Assembly: GCF_001194135.2 (NCBI RefSeq)
Contig: NC_068985.1
Span: 2,332,320 to 2,396,319 of the forward strand
Direction: 5' to 3'
Length of the DNA: 64,000 nt
From: Octopus bimaculoides
Lineage: Eukaryota
In this document: piece by piece, positions 14,211 through 26,106 of the stretch
How positions within the stretch are numbered: the first letter of the stretch is position 1
Layout: every line of letters begins with the position of its first letter
Translations under genes and position numbers: made by a program
The notes under the pieces: generated by a model
The model's database searches: none
Told to the model about the DNA's origin: nothing
The model's input: only the letters and a program-made list of their open reading frames with translations

Positions 14211-14570
14211 CGAGGGTGAGTCAAAAAAAGTAATGCCATTTTGTTTAGGACAGGTATAATCACCAACACAGGAACATGTATCATACATCAAAATGAAGCT
14301 GGTCCTCTGTGGATCACATCCCTACTTCTCAACATAGTCACCGTTTCTCTCAACAGCAATGTTCCACTTTCGAATGAGAGCATGTATCCCTGCCCCGTAA
14401 AATTCTGTTGACTGTTCTTTGAGCCACTTCTTTACTACAGTTTTCCCTTCCTTGTCTCTGGAATATTGTTTGCCTCTCAAACCCTCTTTCATGGGGCCGA
14501 AGAGATGATAGTCCAGTAATGAGGAAGTGAAAACTGTAGTGAAGAAGTGGCTCAAAGAACAGTCAACAGC
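14211..14570 (-). mobile_element. Mariner 3' fragment with TIR and internal inverted duplication
   Basis: LDYHLFGPMKEGLRGKQY...WNIAVERNGDYVEK*; TA-cgagggtgagtcaaaa terminus at 14209. Confidence 0.9.
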
Positions 14571-14600
14571 ATAGAAAATGGACAGTAAATGATGACGATG

Positions 14601-14639
<39 letters not shown>

Positions 14640-14664
14640 ATATATATATCATCAATATCAATGT

Positions 14665-15010
14665 GCCCACAACCTGCGCAACCTCCTTGTCCACAGTTTC
14701 TTTCCTAACCCCACCTCCCAACCTAGCTCGTTTCCCTGCTCCCACCCACACTACTGCATTTGTCCCTACCTCTCCAACACCACCATCCTCACAGGCACCC
14801 ATCATCATCCCTATCATATCACCAACTCCTTTATCTGCACTTCTAGCAACATCATTTACTGCATCTCCTGCTCTTTCTGCCCTTCTCTGTACATCGGTCA
14901 AACAGGATGCCACTTGGCTGACTGGTTCGTGGAGCACCTCCACGACATCAGACTTGGCAATGACACTCCAGTCTCACACCATTTCTGCTCTACTGGTCAT
15001 TTACTAAAAC
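14665..15010 (+). mobile_element. Penelope-like element GIY-YIG fragment with Cys/His-rich linker
   Basis: Translation PCSHPHYCICPYLSNTTILTG...SFICTSSNIIYCISCSFCPSLYIGQTGCHLADWFVEHLHDIRLGNDTPVSHHFCSTGH. Confidence 0.9.
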
Positions 15011-15227
15011 TTTCTCTCTTTGCTCCTTTGCACCACACACGCTCAACTCCTCTCCTCTTCTCTCTTCATCTGATGCCTACTTCCTCTCTTCACTCCTACT
15101 CACCTTCTCTCTTCATTGATACCACCCCACCCCACATATACACACACATCTTCTTGAGCATGGCACTTCACTTGAACTCGCTCCAGTCTTTTCAACCGAA
15201 AATAAGTGTTAGCCAAGATATGGTGCA

Positions 15228-15228
15228 G

Positions 15229-15278
<50 letters not shown>

Positions 15279-15297
15279 TTCTCTCTCTCTTTCTCTT

Positions 15298-15331
<34 letters not shown>

Positions 15332-15440
15332 GCTCTCTTTCTCCCTCCCCCCTCTTTATCTCTCTCTCTCTCGCTCTCTTTCTCCCTCCCTCCCTCTTTA
15401 TCTCTCTTTCTCTCGCTCTCTTTCTCCCTCCCTCTCTCTT
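15228..15440. repeat. (CT)n-rich tract
   Basis: Directly visible. Confidence 0.95.
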
Positions 15441-15614
15441 CCTCCAGCTGTCACATCTTGGATGTCACACTGGGTCAGAAGGTGAGCAAGTCAAAGAGAG
15501 TGTCTAAGTCTGTTCATCACTACAAGGCCTCCTAAAACAATAAACAAAACAGCAAAAACATGTTACATGTCACTAACCTATACTCATTCAAGGGAAATGG
15601 ATGGCTCTTGTGTT

Positions 15615-15649
<35 letters not shown>

Positions 15650-16080
15650 TCACACTCACGCACAGAGGTCATTTTTCTTTCAAAAGTCTAAACGATTATC
15701 TTATAAGTCAAAATATCTCAAAAGATGTTCTTTTTGTAATTCAACCAAATATTTATTTTTCTATTTAGAATTCACTACACTAAAATATTCATTACACAAA
15801 ATATTGAAGTTCCAGGAATTAAAATCCCAAATGAAACTCTTTTGAAAACATTCACCCATTCAATGCCACAACTTTTTCTTTTAATCAATTTGCAGCTGCT
15901 GCTGCTGCTTATTGTGAAATATGGGTAGTTTCAGATTGTGAAATGTGGGTAGTTTTGGATTGTTTTGTAGTTGTTTCTAATTTGATGTTATTTTATCAAA
16001 AACTCCGACCATATTGAAATTAAGACTTCCATTTACTTTCAAAATATATTGGGACATCAATGCATGCTTCTTCCATTTAA

Positions 16081-16295
16081 GTGGGGGAGCTGCCAAAATT
16101 GTTATGGTGTTAAGTAAAAAGCTTAGCAGCATTTTTGCTAACTTTACATTCTGAGTTCAAATGCTGCCAGGATTGATTTTGTCTTTCACCATTTCGGGGT
16201 CAACAAAACAAGTACCAGTTGAACACTGTGACTGATGGGATTGACATACCGACTCCACTGGCATTGCTGGCCTTGTGCCAAAATTTAAACTAATA
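16081..16295 (+). mobile_element. SINE family A, diverged
   Basis: ctgagttcaaat B-box, tttcggggtc, agtaccagtt core shared with 44335 and 58545 copies. Confidence 0.7.
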
Positions 16296-16399
16296 TATTT
16301 CTTCCGTTTCATTATGGAAAACATCAATAGTTTTATTCTTTCATAGTTGATATCCTTGTCTCCATGTTTGCTATTTACTTTTTTTCAAAATCATTTTCA

Positions 16400-16700
16400 T
16401 TATCATCATCATCATCATCGTTTAACGTCCGCTTTCCATGCTAGCATGGGTTGGACGATTTGACTGAGGACTGGTGAAACCGGATGGCTACACCAGACTC
16501 CAATCTGATTTGGCAGAGTTTCTACAGCTGGATGCCCTTCCTAACGCCAACCACTCAGAGAGTGTAGTGGGTGCTTTTACGTGTCACCCGCACGAAAACG
16601 GCCACGCTCGAAATGGTGTCTTTTATGTGCCACCCGCACAAGCCAGTCCAGGGGCACTGGCAACGATCTCGCTCGAAAATCCTACAGGAGCCAGTCAGGC
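16400..16700 (-). mobile_element. RTE-type 3' UTR fragment with (GAT)n tail
   Basis: catcatcgtttaacgtccgctttccatgc...ggatgcccttcctaacgccaaccac matches 8390-8560 and 20-100. Confidence 0.8.
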
Positions 16701-17079
16701 GACCTCATGTAATTTCAACCCAACTGCAATTAATTCATTGGTTAATTATTCTAAACTATTTAAAAATAAACTCGATGGGTCCTTAAATCACAAGCTACAT
16801 TATGAAAGCTCATCGTATAATCTTGGAGAAGCTTTCAAATACAAATAAAAACTTTATTCTGCAATATGGGCAAAATGAAGAAATTAAATATGAAAATTTG
16901 ATTCATCCCTTTTATCTTTGACTTTAATCCCCAACCATGCTTTACAAAAGTTCCATGATATCAAAGTATTCATAAATTCATTTTACAGTCGCTGTTCTGA
17001 GATTCCATCGAGTTAAGATTCAGATTTGACAACCACTGATATGGCATCTTTCAACTTTTGCTAACAAAGAATGAAGCAG

Positions 17080-17710
17080 GAAACAATGATGAAAGCAACT
17101 GAATGCCAATGAAAAGAATTATCATCAACACATGATGGTTGGCAGCATGCACTGTTCCAACCAAATAGAAAACTTTTTACAGTTTACAAAAATAGCTCTG
17201 CTGCATTTTCCTCAATCCTTTGCAGAAAATCATTTTTATAAAGTCATAGACGCATCATTGACAAAGTGTTTTCATTCTGATAAGTTCGTCTAAAATTGTT
17301 TCCATGTTTTCAGCAGCTTTTTTGATTTAAGTGGATAAATCTCAGAAAAGACTCTTTTTATAAAAATTCTTTTCTTTTTCAAAGCGATATCATCATAACA
17401 AACCATTCCAGACATTTGCTTGTGATTTACTTGATCTTGAATAAAGCCAGCCATGAGGCCAAAGATATTTAGCCTTTATCATCGAAGGCCATACAGCAAT
17501 TTGTGACAAACAGTGGAATCCATCAGTTGGATTTATTCATTTTGCTCTGATGGAGAGAAATATGATATTCTTGCCATTTTCTTATCCACATAATGGAGAT
17601 GTGCTTCCATGACAAGATTAAACTTTTGCCAACAATTTTCTTAACCCCAACCAAAATTTCCAGAATTGTTTTCCGCTTCCTGTTCTTAGAATTCCTCATC
17701 ACCATGCAAT
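17080..17710 (-). mobile_element. Decayed hAT (ZMYM/DUF4371-like) transposase relic
   Basis: Manual translation across stops and frameshifts: SGNF..., KMARISYFSPSEQNE*IQLM, AKY/FGLMAG..D..NHKQMS.MVCY, AIFVNC (AxFVHC). Confidence 0.6.
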
Positions 17711-18479
17711 GCAAGGTTTTTTTTGTTTTTGTTTTTTTTTTTGCTAAATTTTTATGCAATTGAGAATTCTGCAGAGAATATTTTACCATTTTTGTTTTTG
17801 CTGATGTAATTTAAGCTTGAAGCTTTATGTCAATTGATTTCTCTCTTTTTGAAAAAATTTCTATAACTCTTTGACCCACTGGGCCTTTCCTATTTGGAAA
17901 ATGCTTAGAATTCAAGATAAACATTTTTGTCCCCATGGCACCTGATAAAATTACATTTTTTCAAAAAATATTTTATAAAACCCCAAGAAACCTAAACCAA
18001 GATGCTGAATCACATCTGGCTTAGGTTGGGCTGTAATTTGATATTCAAAGTTTTCCAATTTTCTGTTTATAGAAGATACTCCTGCTTCTTGAAAGACAAT
18101 TCTATTCTTCATATGATACACCAATGGGGTGGTCTATACTTATTTTTTGAAGCATATTATACTAACGAAAGACTACCTTGCTCAACAAATGGCATCATAA
18201 AACCATTTCATTTCTTTTGATTCCATTTTTAGCATTTTTATTTCCTTCCTTCTTTTCCCATTTGTTTCAATTTTCACTCTCAGCAATGTTCTCAGCCTTC
18301 TCTATCGAAAGAATCTCTCTCTCACATACGTGTGTGTGTGTATGAGAGCATGTGCGTGTGTATGAGTGTGTGTTTGTATGTATGTGTGTGTGTAGGTATG
18401 TGTGCATGTATGTATGTAAGTACGCATGTTCGTATAACTGAGATCACAACACTACCCCGCCCCCACTCCCGCTCCCTGA

Positions 18480-18640
18480 ACGGGATGCCAGTCCACTGCA
18501 GGTTGGACCAGTCTACAGCTGAGTGGACTGGAGCAAGGTGAAATGAAGTGTTTTGATCAAGAATGCAATGCACCACTCGGTCTGTGAATTAAAACCATGA
18601 TCTTGTCATTGTTAGTGCAACACCTTATTCTCTAGCCTAC
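18480..18640 (-). mobile_element. SINE family C head fragment
   Basis: Reverse complement of gctccagtccactcagctg and the cttgatcaaaacactt core. Confidence 0.6.
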
Positions 18641-19342
18641 ACACCTCCCCCTGTACACACACACACACATTCACACACACACACACTCACACACACACAC
18701 ATACATAATATATGTATGTATGTATGTATACTTACTCTAATTAAATATTTAAATATTAAATACCTGAAATATTTTAGATATTTTAAATATTTTAAATGAC
18801 TTGAGATACTCATCCTGCCTTGGGTTTTTGTTGTCCTTTATCCTCTAATAAATACCTGCTAATATGATATCCATAGCTCCAGCCTCAACTGTGAACTCAG
18901 AACATAACAGATGACCAATTATAGCACTTACACAGGGTAACTCATCAGGGAACTAAACCCATTGTATAATATATATATATATATATCCACACACCAACAC
19001 ACAAATCATCAATAGTCACCACACATACCACTATATGAGCAGTCACACGTTACAGACGCACACACTTACACATGCACACACTTACACATACACACACCCA
19101 CACACGTCAGAGTCACTAGCCCCTATTCACACACACACACTTATACATTCATACACACCATTCTCACATATACGCACACTTTTATTTGGAATCACTAGCA
19201 CTTTATTATCTTTATTATCTCCCTTTCTTTCAACCTCTTCTTTCTCCTTTTGTTTTCTAATCATTCGCCATGCTTGACCGCTAAATCTACAAGTTTTCTT
19301 TTTTCTTTTTTTTTAATTTTCTCTGTTTATTTTCTCTTATTC

Positions 19343-19378
19343 CTTTCTGCCGAGGAGCGTACGCTCGAAACACGAAAG
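19343..19378 (+). ncRNA. Degenerate minimal type I hammerhead motif (variant-core family)
   Basis: CTTT-CTGCCGA-G-GAGC(GTAC)GCTC-GAAA-CA-CG-AAAG; helices I and II pair, core and UH mutated. Confidence 0.45.
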
Positions 19379-20499
19379 ACTTCTTCATTTTCTCGAGGGT
19401 CAAACCAATACATCTGCTTGTTGTTCGTACACCTGTCATTGTCTTTTCTTTTTCTATAAATTTCAACTATGTGTGTGTGTGTGTGTGTGTGTGTGTACAT
19501 TAAAAATATCTGACCAGTTAATGTTCAGTTTTCTGCGTATTTATAAAAACGTTCTTTAACCGTCTGGGCATATGTGATTGTGTGTGTGTTTATGAGTATG
19601 CATGCACACATACACACACACGATTGATGGAAATAAACATAGACATGCAATGACGAAAAGACATGCACATTGGCGACAATGAATACACATTCTGCTTCCT
19701 TATATTTCGACACACACACTCACATGTTCCAATAAACTCTGTCAAAGATTTATAATCCAAAGACATACCCACAAACATCCAACTAAATTGTTTTAACAAC
19801 CCTCCCACACACTTTTTCTCTCCCACACTCACCCTAATACCTTTCATTCCTCCCCCTCCCACGCCCCTTGCTCTCTCCGCTGCTAAATGCTATTTCTGGC
19901 ATCCGATCCATCCTTTTGTTTTCTACAATCTCCAGGTTCGCTTTGTCTTCCTATTTCAATTCTGTCAGGACATCCTACTGTTACCATTCCTTTATCTTAA
20001 TTTTAATCGTTGCTGTGATTGTAAGAATCGGAATCGATGTAGCACAATATGAAGAAAGGTGCACAGGCAGTCGTATTTCTTTAACCCATTAAGTGCCACT
20101 GTCCTATAAATAGGACACTAAATGAGAACATTGAATAAGCTATGTCACATTGTCTCGGTGTCCTATTTATAGGACACCCAGTATTTCCATTTTTACTTGA
20201 AGTAAAGGAGTTTTAATAATTATTTTTTCATTTTAACCTATTTTCAATCATCTGTAAAAATTTAAAAGTAATATTCAGAAATTTAAATACTCTGGGACTT
20301 AATTGGTTAATATGGGAAGGATTTATAGGACCACAACAATAAATGAAAATTACCAAAAAGGTATGAATGAAGTTAAGACTGGAGAAAAAGAACTGATGGA
20401 CGTTTAGCTGTTTCAAACAACGATACTGGTTTGAATCAGAAATACAAAATTCAAGGTTCACGAAGATGTATATGGCAGTTGACCGCAACTCTCATTTTG

Positions 20500-20820
20500 C
20501 AATCACATGTAAATCGCGAGTTTGTCATGCATGCAGACCCCAGTTTCAGCCAATCAAAACTCATTTTTCACGTGATAAGTTCCAGAAAGTTCTTTCAGCG
20601 ACGGGCTTATAGACAGAGCCTTTTGGCGTGGGAAGCCAGAGGGGGTTGGGACCCCGTTTCGTTACGGTCCCCCATGAATTCATCTCCCGTAGCTGTTTTC
20701 ACAGCTTCATACTCAAATCCGTGATTTTCCTCATAACTGTTTTTCACAGCTCTAGAGCAACTCGTAGATGGATTAAGAAATCGAAGCAGCTGAATGTTTT
20801 TGCAGCGATATGAAAGGTCG
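20500..20820 (+). promoter_or_regulatory. Possible promoter/first-exon region
   Basis: Local CpG enrichment, CCAAT at 20550, CACGTG at 20569, upstream of candidate exon 21274. Confidence 0.25.
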
Positions 20821-21273
20821 ACTTAATCATTAATTATCTGCGTAAACCTGCGGCACCTCTAAAATACGATGTTCATATAAGATTGACGTTGTTTGTGTTC
20901 TCACGAAGCCTTGTAAAAAAAAGATTTAGCAATAAATGTTTTATATAAACTAACACCTGTAGTCTTTGTCATAACCAAACACTACAGGTAAATATTTAAA
21001 ATAATGCAATTCTTTGACTCTACTCAAAAGATATTGATTTTATAAAGGTTTTCTCATCCACTAAGAATTAGGGGTGAAGCGAAGTGTTGATTATCGCCAC
21101 CTTTTCTTTTACCTGATTTTTTTTAGAGATCTTTGTCAGTGGGGCACCCTTACTATGGATGTCTACCCTTTTCCGATGGAAAAGAAATGAAAAAATATTC
21201 TCTTTTTCTTTTTCATGTTGAACTACTTAATTTCAGATGAAATAAAATTAATGTTATTTCCCGGTTATTTCAG

Positions 21274-21362
21274 TTTCAAATGAATCCAATTGAATGTAAA
21301 AGAGGCCGTGCTGGGCCCTCGGGAGGTGGTGGAAAGCAGAATTCAATACGTACAGCTATCAG
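21274..21362 (+). CDS. Candidate exon (FQMNPIECKRGRAGPSGGGGKQNSIRTAI), unknown product
   Basis: ttatttcag acceptor, AG|gtaaat donor, open frame, GC-richer than flanks, not a recognisable repeat. Confidence 0.35.
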
Positions 21363-21699
21363 GTAAATAATTAGTCATGCATTTATCCCATGCTAACTAA
21401 AGCATTTAACTATTTCTCTGACTACAACCTATTGCGCAACACATATCAAGCCAGGCTGTATCTGCAAGCCATTCCACATCACACCGAACCACACGTGCAG
21501 AGCATAAAAACAAGGAAAGTTGAGAGTCTTTCTAAACTTTTATCTTCCTTTACTAATGGCTTTGCTTATATCAAGGTTTATTTTATGACTTCGGTTACAT
21601 TAGCAAATGTTATGTTGCTCAGGTTAGTACAAAATCTCTGATGAAAAGGAAATGACTGGTAAGCGATAGGTGTATGGATATGTAAGTACATGCATGTGG

Positions 21700-21805
21700 G
21701 GTGGCGCGTGGCTTAGTAGTTAGAGTATTCAGTTTGTAGTCATAAGGACATGAGTTTGATTCCTGGCGGCGTGTCTCTTCCTTGGACAAGACACTTTATT
21801 TCATG
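21700..21805 (+). mobile_element. SINE family C head
   Basis: ggcgcgtggcttagtagttag A-box, gagtttgattcc B-box, caagacactttatttca. Confidence 0.8.
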
Positions 21806-21808
21806 GAC

Positions 21809-22000
21809 TAAAGATTATTTGCCAACATAACATGGCAGTCCTGGTTTAGGATGAATGTTGCTGTAGTTTAGCCCCAGGAGACATTACAGCAACATTCCTC
21901 CTAAACCAGGAGTGCCACGTTATGTTGGCAAATAATCTTTACTCCAAAGTACTGTTGCTGAATATCTCTCGTTGTGAGATTTGCAAATAGTAATTTTCTA
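21809..22000. mobile_element. Fold-back copy of hammerhead-associated repeat family
   Basis: Arms 21809-21867 and 21883-21941 are reverse complements; sequence shared with 22550-22750, 24504-24870 and 38070-38510. Confidence 0.85.
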
Positions 22001-22506
22001 ACTTTAGTTGTTCTGTTACTTTGTCGATGTATCTGACGATGTAGAAACACCTTAATCTCTTTGAAACGAAAGAAAAAAAAACTATTTTTTACTATGGCAG
22101 CCACTGACCTTCACAATAATATCGTTTCCCCTTGAAATGATCAGAGCTTCAGATACCATCTGAAGAGCAAGATGGGGTTAAAGAGGAAGACCCCGCCGCT
22201 GGGAGAGTATGAGAAACGTTGGAAGGATATGATGAGAAAGGAGGGTGTCAGTAACCCAGTTAGTTGCTAGGCCTTATAGGCTGCCGGGTATGAAGTTAGA
22301 ACTTGCTTCCTTTATTTATTTTATTTTGTTAAAAAAAAAAAAGGTCATTTTAAAAGTCAAGTAAATCATATATATTAAATTAAAATTTTAAATCTTACAT
22401 TCGAACTCATCGTAACTTTTTTATAATTGTTTTGTCCTGTAATGTCTCATCTATGTACTGATTGAAATAATCATAATAAAGAATTCACCTCTACTCAATC
22501 AATTAT

Positions 22507-22551
22507 TCTGTGCTGATGAAGAGAAATAACTCGGAAATCGCTATACACAGA
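22507..22551 (+). ncRNA. Minimal type I hammerhead ribozyme motif
   Basis: TCTGTG-CTGATGA-A-GAG(AAATAA)CTC-G-GAAA-TCGCTA-TA^CACAGA; 6-bp helix I; predicted cut 22545/22546. Confidence 0.65.
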
Positions 22552-22755
22552 TATTGTTTTGAGCTGAGTGGGGGTGCTGGATGCCCTTGTTTGAAAATAT
22601 AAAGACACAGATCATGTCGTATAGCCAGCTGGGGCTAAATTACAGCAACGTTCCTCCTAAACCAGGACTGCCATGTTATGTTGGCAAACAATCTTTACTC
22701 CAAAGTACTGTTGCTGAAAATCTCTCGTTCTGAGATTTACAAATAGTAATTTCCA
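22507..22755 (+). mobile_element. Hammerhead-led repeat (probable Penelope-like terminal repeat), non-folded copy
   Basis: Ribozyme followed by the family body cacagatattgttttgag...gagatttacaaatagtaattt. Confidence 0.7.
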
Positions 22756-22774
22756 CTTTATTTTATGTTGCTTC

Positions 22775-22980
22775 ACTGCACACACCTGGCAAAAACGAGC
22801 TGTACCTGTAATTCAAAGGGGCCAGCCTTGTCACACTCTGTGTCATGCTGAATTTCCCTGAGAACTATGTTAAGGGTACGTGTGTCTGTGGAGTGCTCAG
22901 CCACTTGCATGTTGACTATATGAGCAGGCTATTCCGTTGATTGGATCAACTGGGACCATCATCGATGCAACCGTTGGAGC
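22775..22980 (+). mobile_element. SINE family C body
   Basis: Matches 45160-45362. Confidence 0.8.
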
Positions 22981-24029
22981 ATTAATTAACATTACACATT
23001 CGTGGCCAAATATATGTGGTTGGTTTTATGAATAGGAAAATGTGAAGGATGAAATAATACGAATGACAGACTGAACAAGAAGGAAAACTAAAACCACCAC
23101 AAAACTACGATATCTCTTCTTTTCTGACTTGTATTTATTCACACCTTGTGGGGTGACTGGTTATGTTACTACCTATCTACCACATCATATGTGCTTATCT
23201 GCCACATCAGGTGTGGCAGATAAACTAATTTTATTGCTGTTTTCAATGTAATATTAATAAACGAAAGAGAAGAAACAGGAGAGTCGGGAGAGTGAAGAGG
23301 AAGAAGACGAGAGAAAAAATTAAAAGTAATTCTTTCTTCTTCTGCTAATCTTCTAGTTCTGGCTACCACAGTGTGAACGTGATTAATATTTGTACTTGCA
23401 GACATATAAAAATACATAAAAGCAAATATGAACTTATATAAGACTAACTTTCTTGCACACACACACACAACAGATTTGACCTTCGTGCTAGTTTCTATCT
23501 CTTTCTATTATATAGACATCACCATCAACCACTGCATTTCAATGTCCACTGTTTAATACTAGTGAGAGTTAGATGTGTATGTCATCCATCGTATCAGTGC
23601 TCTTGCTCAAGAACTGGTGTAATTAGATGTTACTTCCTGCTACATGTAGCGGGAATGTTCAACAGCCAGGTCACTAAATCAGATGTCGCGGTTCGCTAGA
23701 AGATTACCCACATGACCAACAAAATCTGACCAATCACGACTTCGCCTACAACTGGTTCCAGCAACAATACCATCTTTTCGTGCCTTTTTCTCTGAGCCTA
23801 TCCATCAGTGTATATTCCGTACATCTTAACTACCTGACAAAGAGCACTGACAGATGCCATATGAGATGGCCAACAATGACGGAAGACAACAACTGACAAC
23901 ACAAAGAACATTACAAGCAGTTTAGCACACTAACTCCTGCTACAACAACACCAAGAACAACAACATTGGAAACTCTCTCGATGCATTGTCGTTCGTAGTA
24001 ACGATAATGTTAGCTTTTTTTTTTTACAG

Positions 24030-24177
24030 GAACAATAAAAATTTTGTTTGTCAAAAATCTCGAACCTTCTCCTGTGTTCTTCGTACAACTGGTGATCCCG
24101 ACGCAAGGAATAGTGCACAAATAACATACTCATCATTGTCTCATGGCTCCATCGATACTCCTACGCATGTCGGTTGA
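24030..24177 (+). CDS. Candidate exon, in phase with 21274-21362
   Basis: T11-acag acceptor; the phase continuing the upstream AG gives R-NNKNFVCQKSRTFSCVLRTTGDPDARNSAQITYSSLSHGSIDTPTHVG*. Confidence 0.3.
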
Positions 24178-24503
24178 TGTTTGTAGCACCCACTCACTTC
24201 TATCAAACAAGTTGTATTCCATCTTTCATGATGACTACAATGGATCATGCATGTCACATGTTATTCCAGGTTCAACACACACAGACATACGCATGTAGAT
24301 TGAAGAGAAACAATGAATGCTAGCCATTAACAAAGTGACAGATTTCTTTTGAGTCAATAATGTAGACATCAATTCAACATACATGCAAATTGTTTAGCTC
24401 CGAAGTCAACCTAAGTTCAACTCATGTCAGATTAAGGCGTTTCAGCGGTGATGAACCCATCTTATTTACAGACATGGTGTATCTTGGATTACAATATTCA
24501 ATG

Positions 24504-24870
24504 TGTAGTAAAGATTGTTTGCCAACATAACATGGCAGTCCTGGTTTAGGACTAATGTTGCTGTTATTTTTGCCCCAGGAGACATCGTCTCCAGCTGGCT
24601 ATATGACACGATCTGTGTCCTTACATTTTCGAACTAAGGAGAAACAGATGTTGTTTTGAGTTGAGTGGGGGTGGTGCTAGATTCCCTTGTTCGAAAATAT
24701 AAGAACACAGATCATGTCGTATAGCCAGCTGGAGACGATGTCTCCTGGGGCTAAATTACAGCAACATTCGTCCTAAACCAGGACTGCCATGTTATGGTGG
24801 CAAATAATCTTTACTACAAAGAACTGTTGCTGAATATCTCTCGTTGTGACATTTAAAAATAATAATTTTC
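24504..24870. mobile_element. Fold-back copy of hammerhead-associated repeat (about 137-nt arms)
   Basis: 24504-24640 vs 24682-24818 are reverse complements with few mismatches. Confidence 0.9.
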
Positions 24871-24939
24871 TAATATTCGATGAGTCCTTCACAATTAATA
24901 AAGTGATTGATTTCTCTTTCTACTTTTAGTAGACGACGT

Positions 24940-25095
24940 TTTGGTCATGTTGTAAGAATCTTGCTTCCCAACCACATGGTTCGATTTTCAGTCCCTCCAT
25001 GTGGCTCCTTGAGCAAGTGTCCTCTACTACAGTTTCGGACCGACCAAAGTTTTGTGAGAAGATTTGATAGACGGAAACTGAAAGAAAACAGTCCT

Positions 25096-25126
<31 letters not shown>

Positions 25127-25335
25127 AGTGTTTGTCCCCCACCACCGCTTGACAACCGGTGTCGGTGTGTCTACGTCCCTGCAACTTGGCAGTTCAGCAA
25201 AAAGTATACGATAAAATAAGCACCAAGCTTAAAAAATAATAAGTACTTAGGTCAAGTCATTCGAATAAAAATTCATCTGACGGAAGTGCTCCAGCATAGC
25301 CACAGTCTAATGACTGAAACCAGTGAAAAAATAAA
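24940..25335 (+). mobile_element. SINE family B with internal (TG)n
   Basis: Head cttcccaaccacatggttc, gacggaaactgaaagaa, TG run, tail ccagcatagccacagtctaatgactgaaac. Confidence 0.85.
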
Positions 25336-26024
25336 GGGTGGGTAGGTTAACTGCAAAGATACTTGGTGATAGCTCTTACTAATGTGTGGAGATATTCAAT
25401 GCATGTAATGGCGGTTGATGTGTGCCACGAGCAGAAAACTTCCAAGATCCCCAACACTTGAAATTCAAGGAATTACAATAATCAAATTGAATGGCAATGG
25501 TAAATGAGCAAGCTTTATTCTCGTCAAATGCTAATTAATAGAGTTGCCATTCTATTTCTCTATTAAACTAGTCATACAATAATTGAACTTAATTATTATT
25601 CTTATAAATAAAACTGGCTGAATGTATCAGGTTATTACTAATATATTGCAGATGCTGTGATCTTAGAACTCTATTAAATCAAATCCGGATTTTTAAACAG
25701 ACAAGAAACGTTTTATTGTGTACAGTTTAACTTCATGCTGTTAAGCAAAACTGAAGTATAAATATCAAGTTATACAGTCATATTATCAGTGTTCGATAAC
25801 AATACAAATCTATAATTACTAACAAACGCGTCTATCTCACCTTGACCTTCAGCAACAATTTGAATTCAATTGCAATGTAATATATTACTTGAATGTAATA
25901 TAAAGAGGGGGAATACTCGCGATAAAAATATTTACCCTGATACTTTGTTAAAGAAATACTTTCATTTTGTTTATCGTGCACCGTATGTGTGTGTGTGTGT
26001 GGGGGGTCAAGGTTTGTTTTCTCT

Positions 26025-26072
<48 letters not shown>

Positions 26073-26106
26073 CTTCCACAGCGTATTGCGATGCTGTACA
26101 CGGGTA

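Noticed and set aside
23930-24136. EEHRRRFEIFDKQN resembling a cathepsin propeptide
   Set aside because: No other ERFNIN-region or protease residues; antisense to a better-supported candidate exon.
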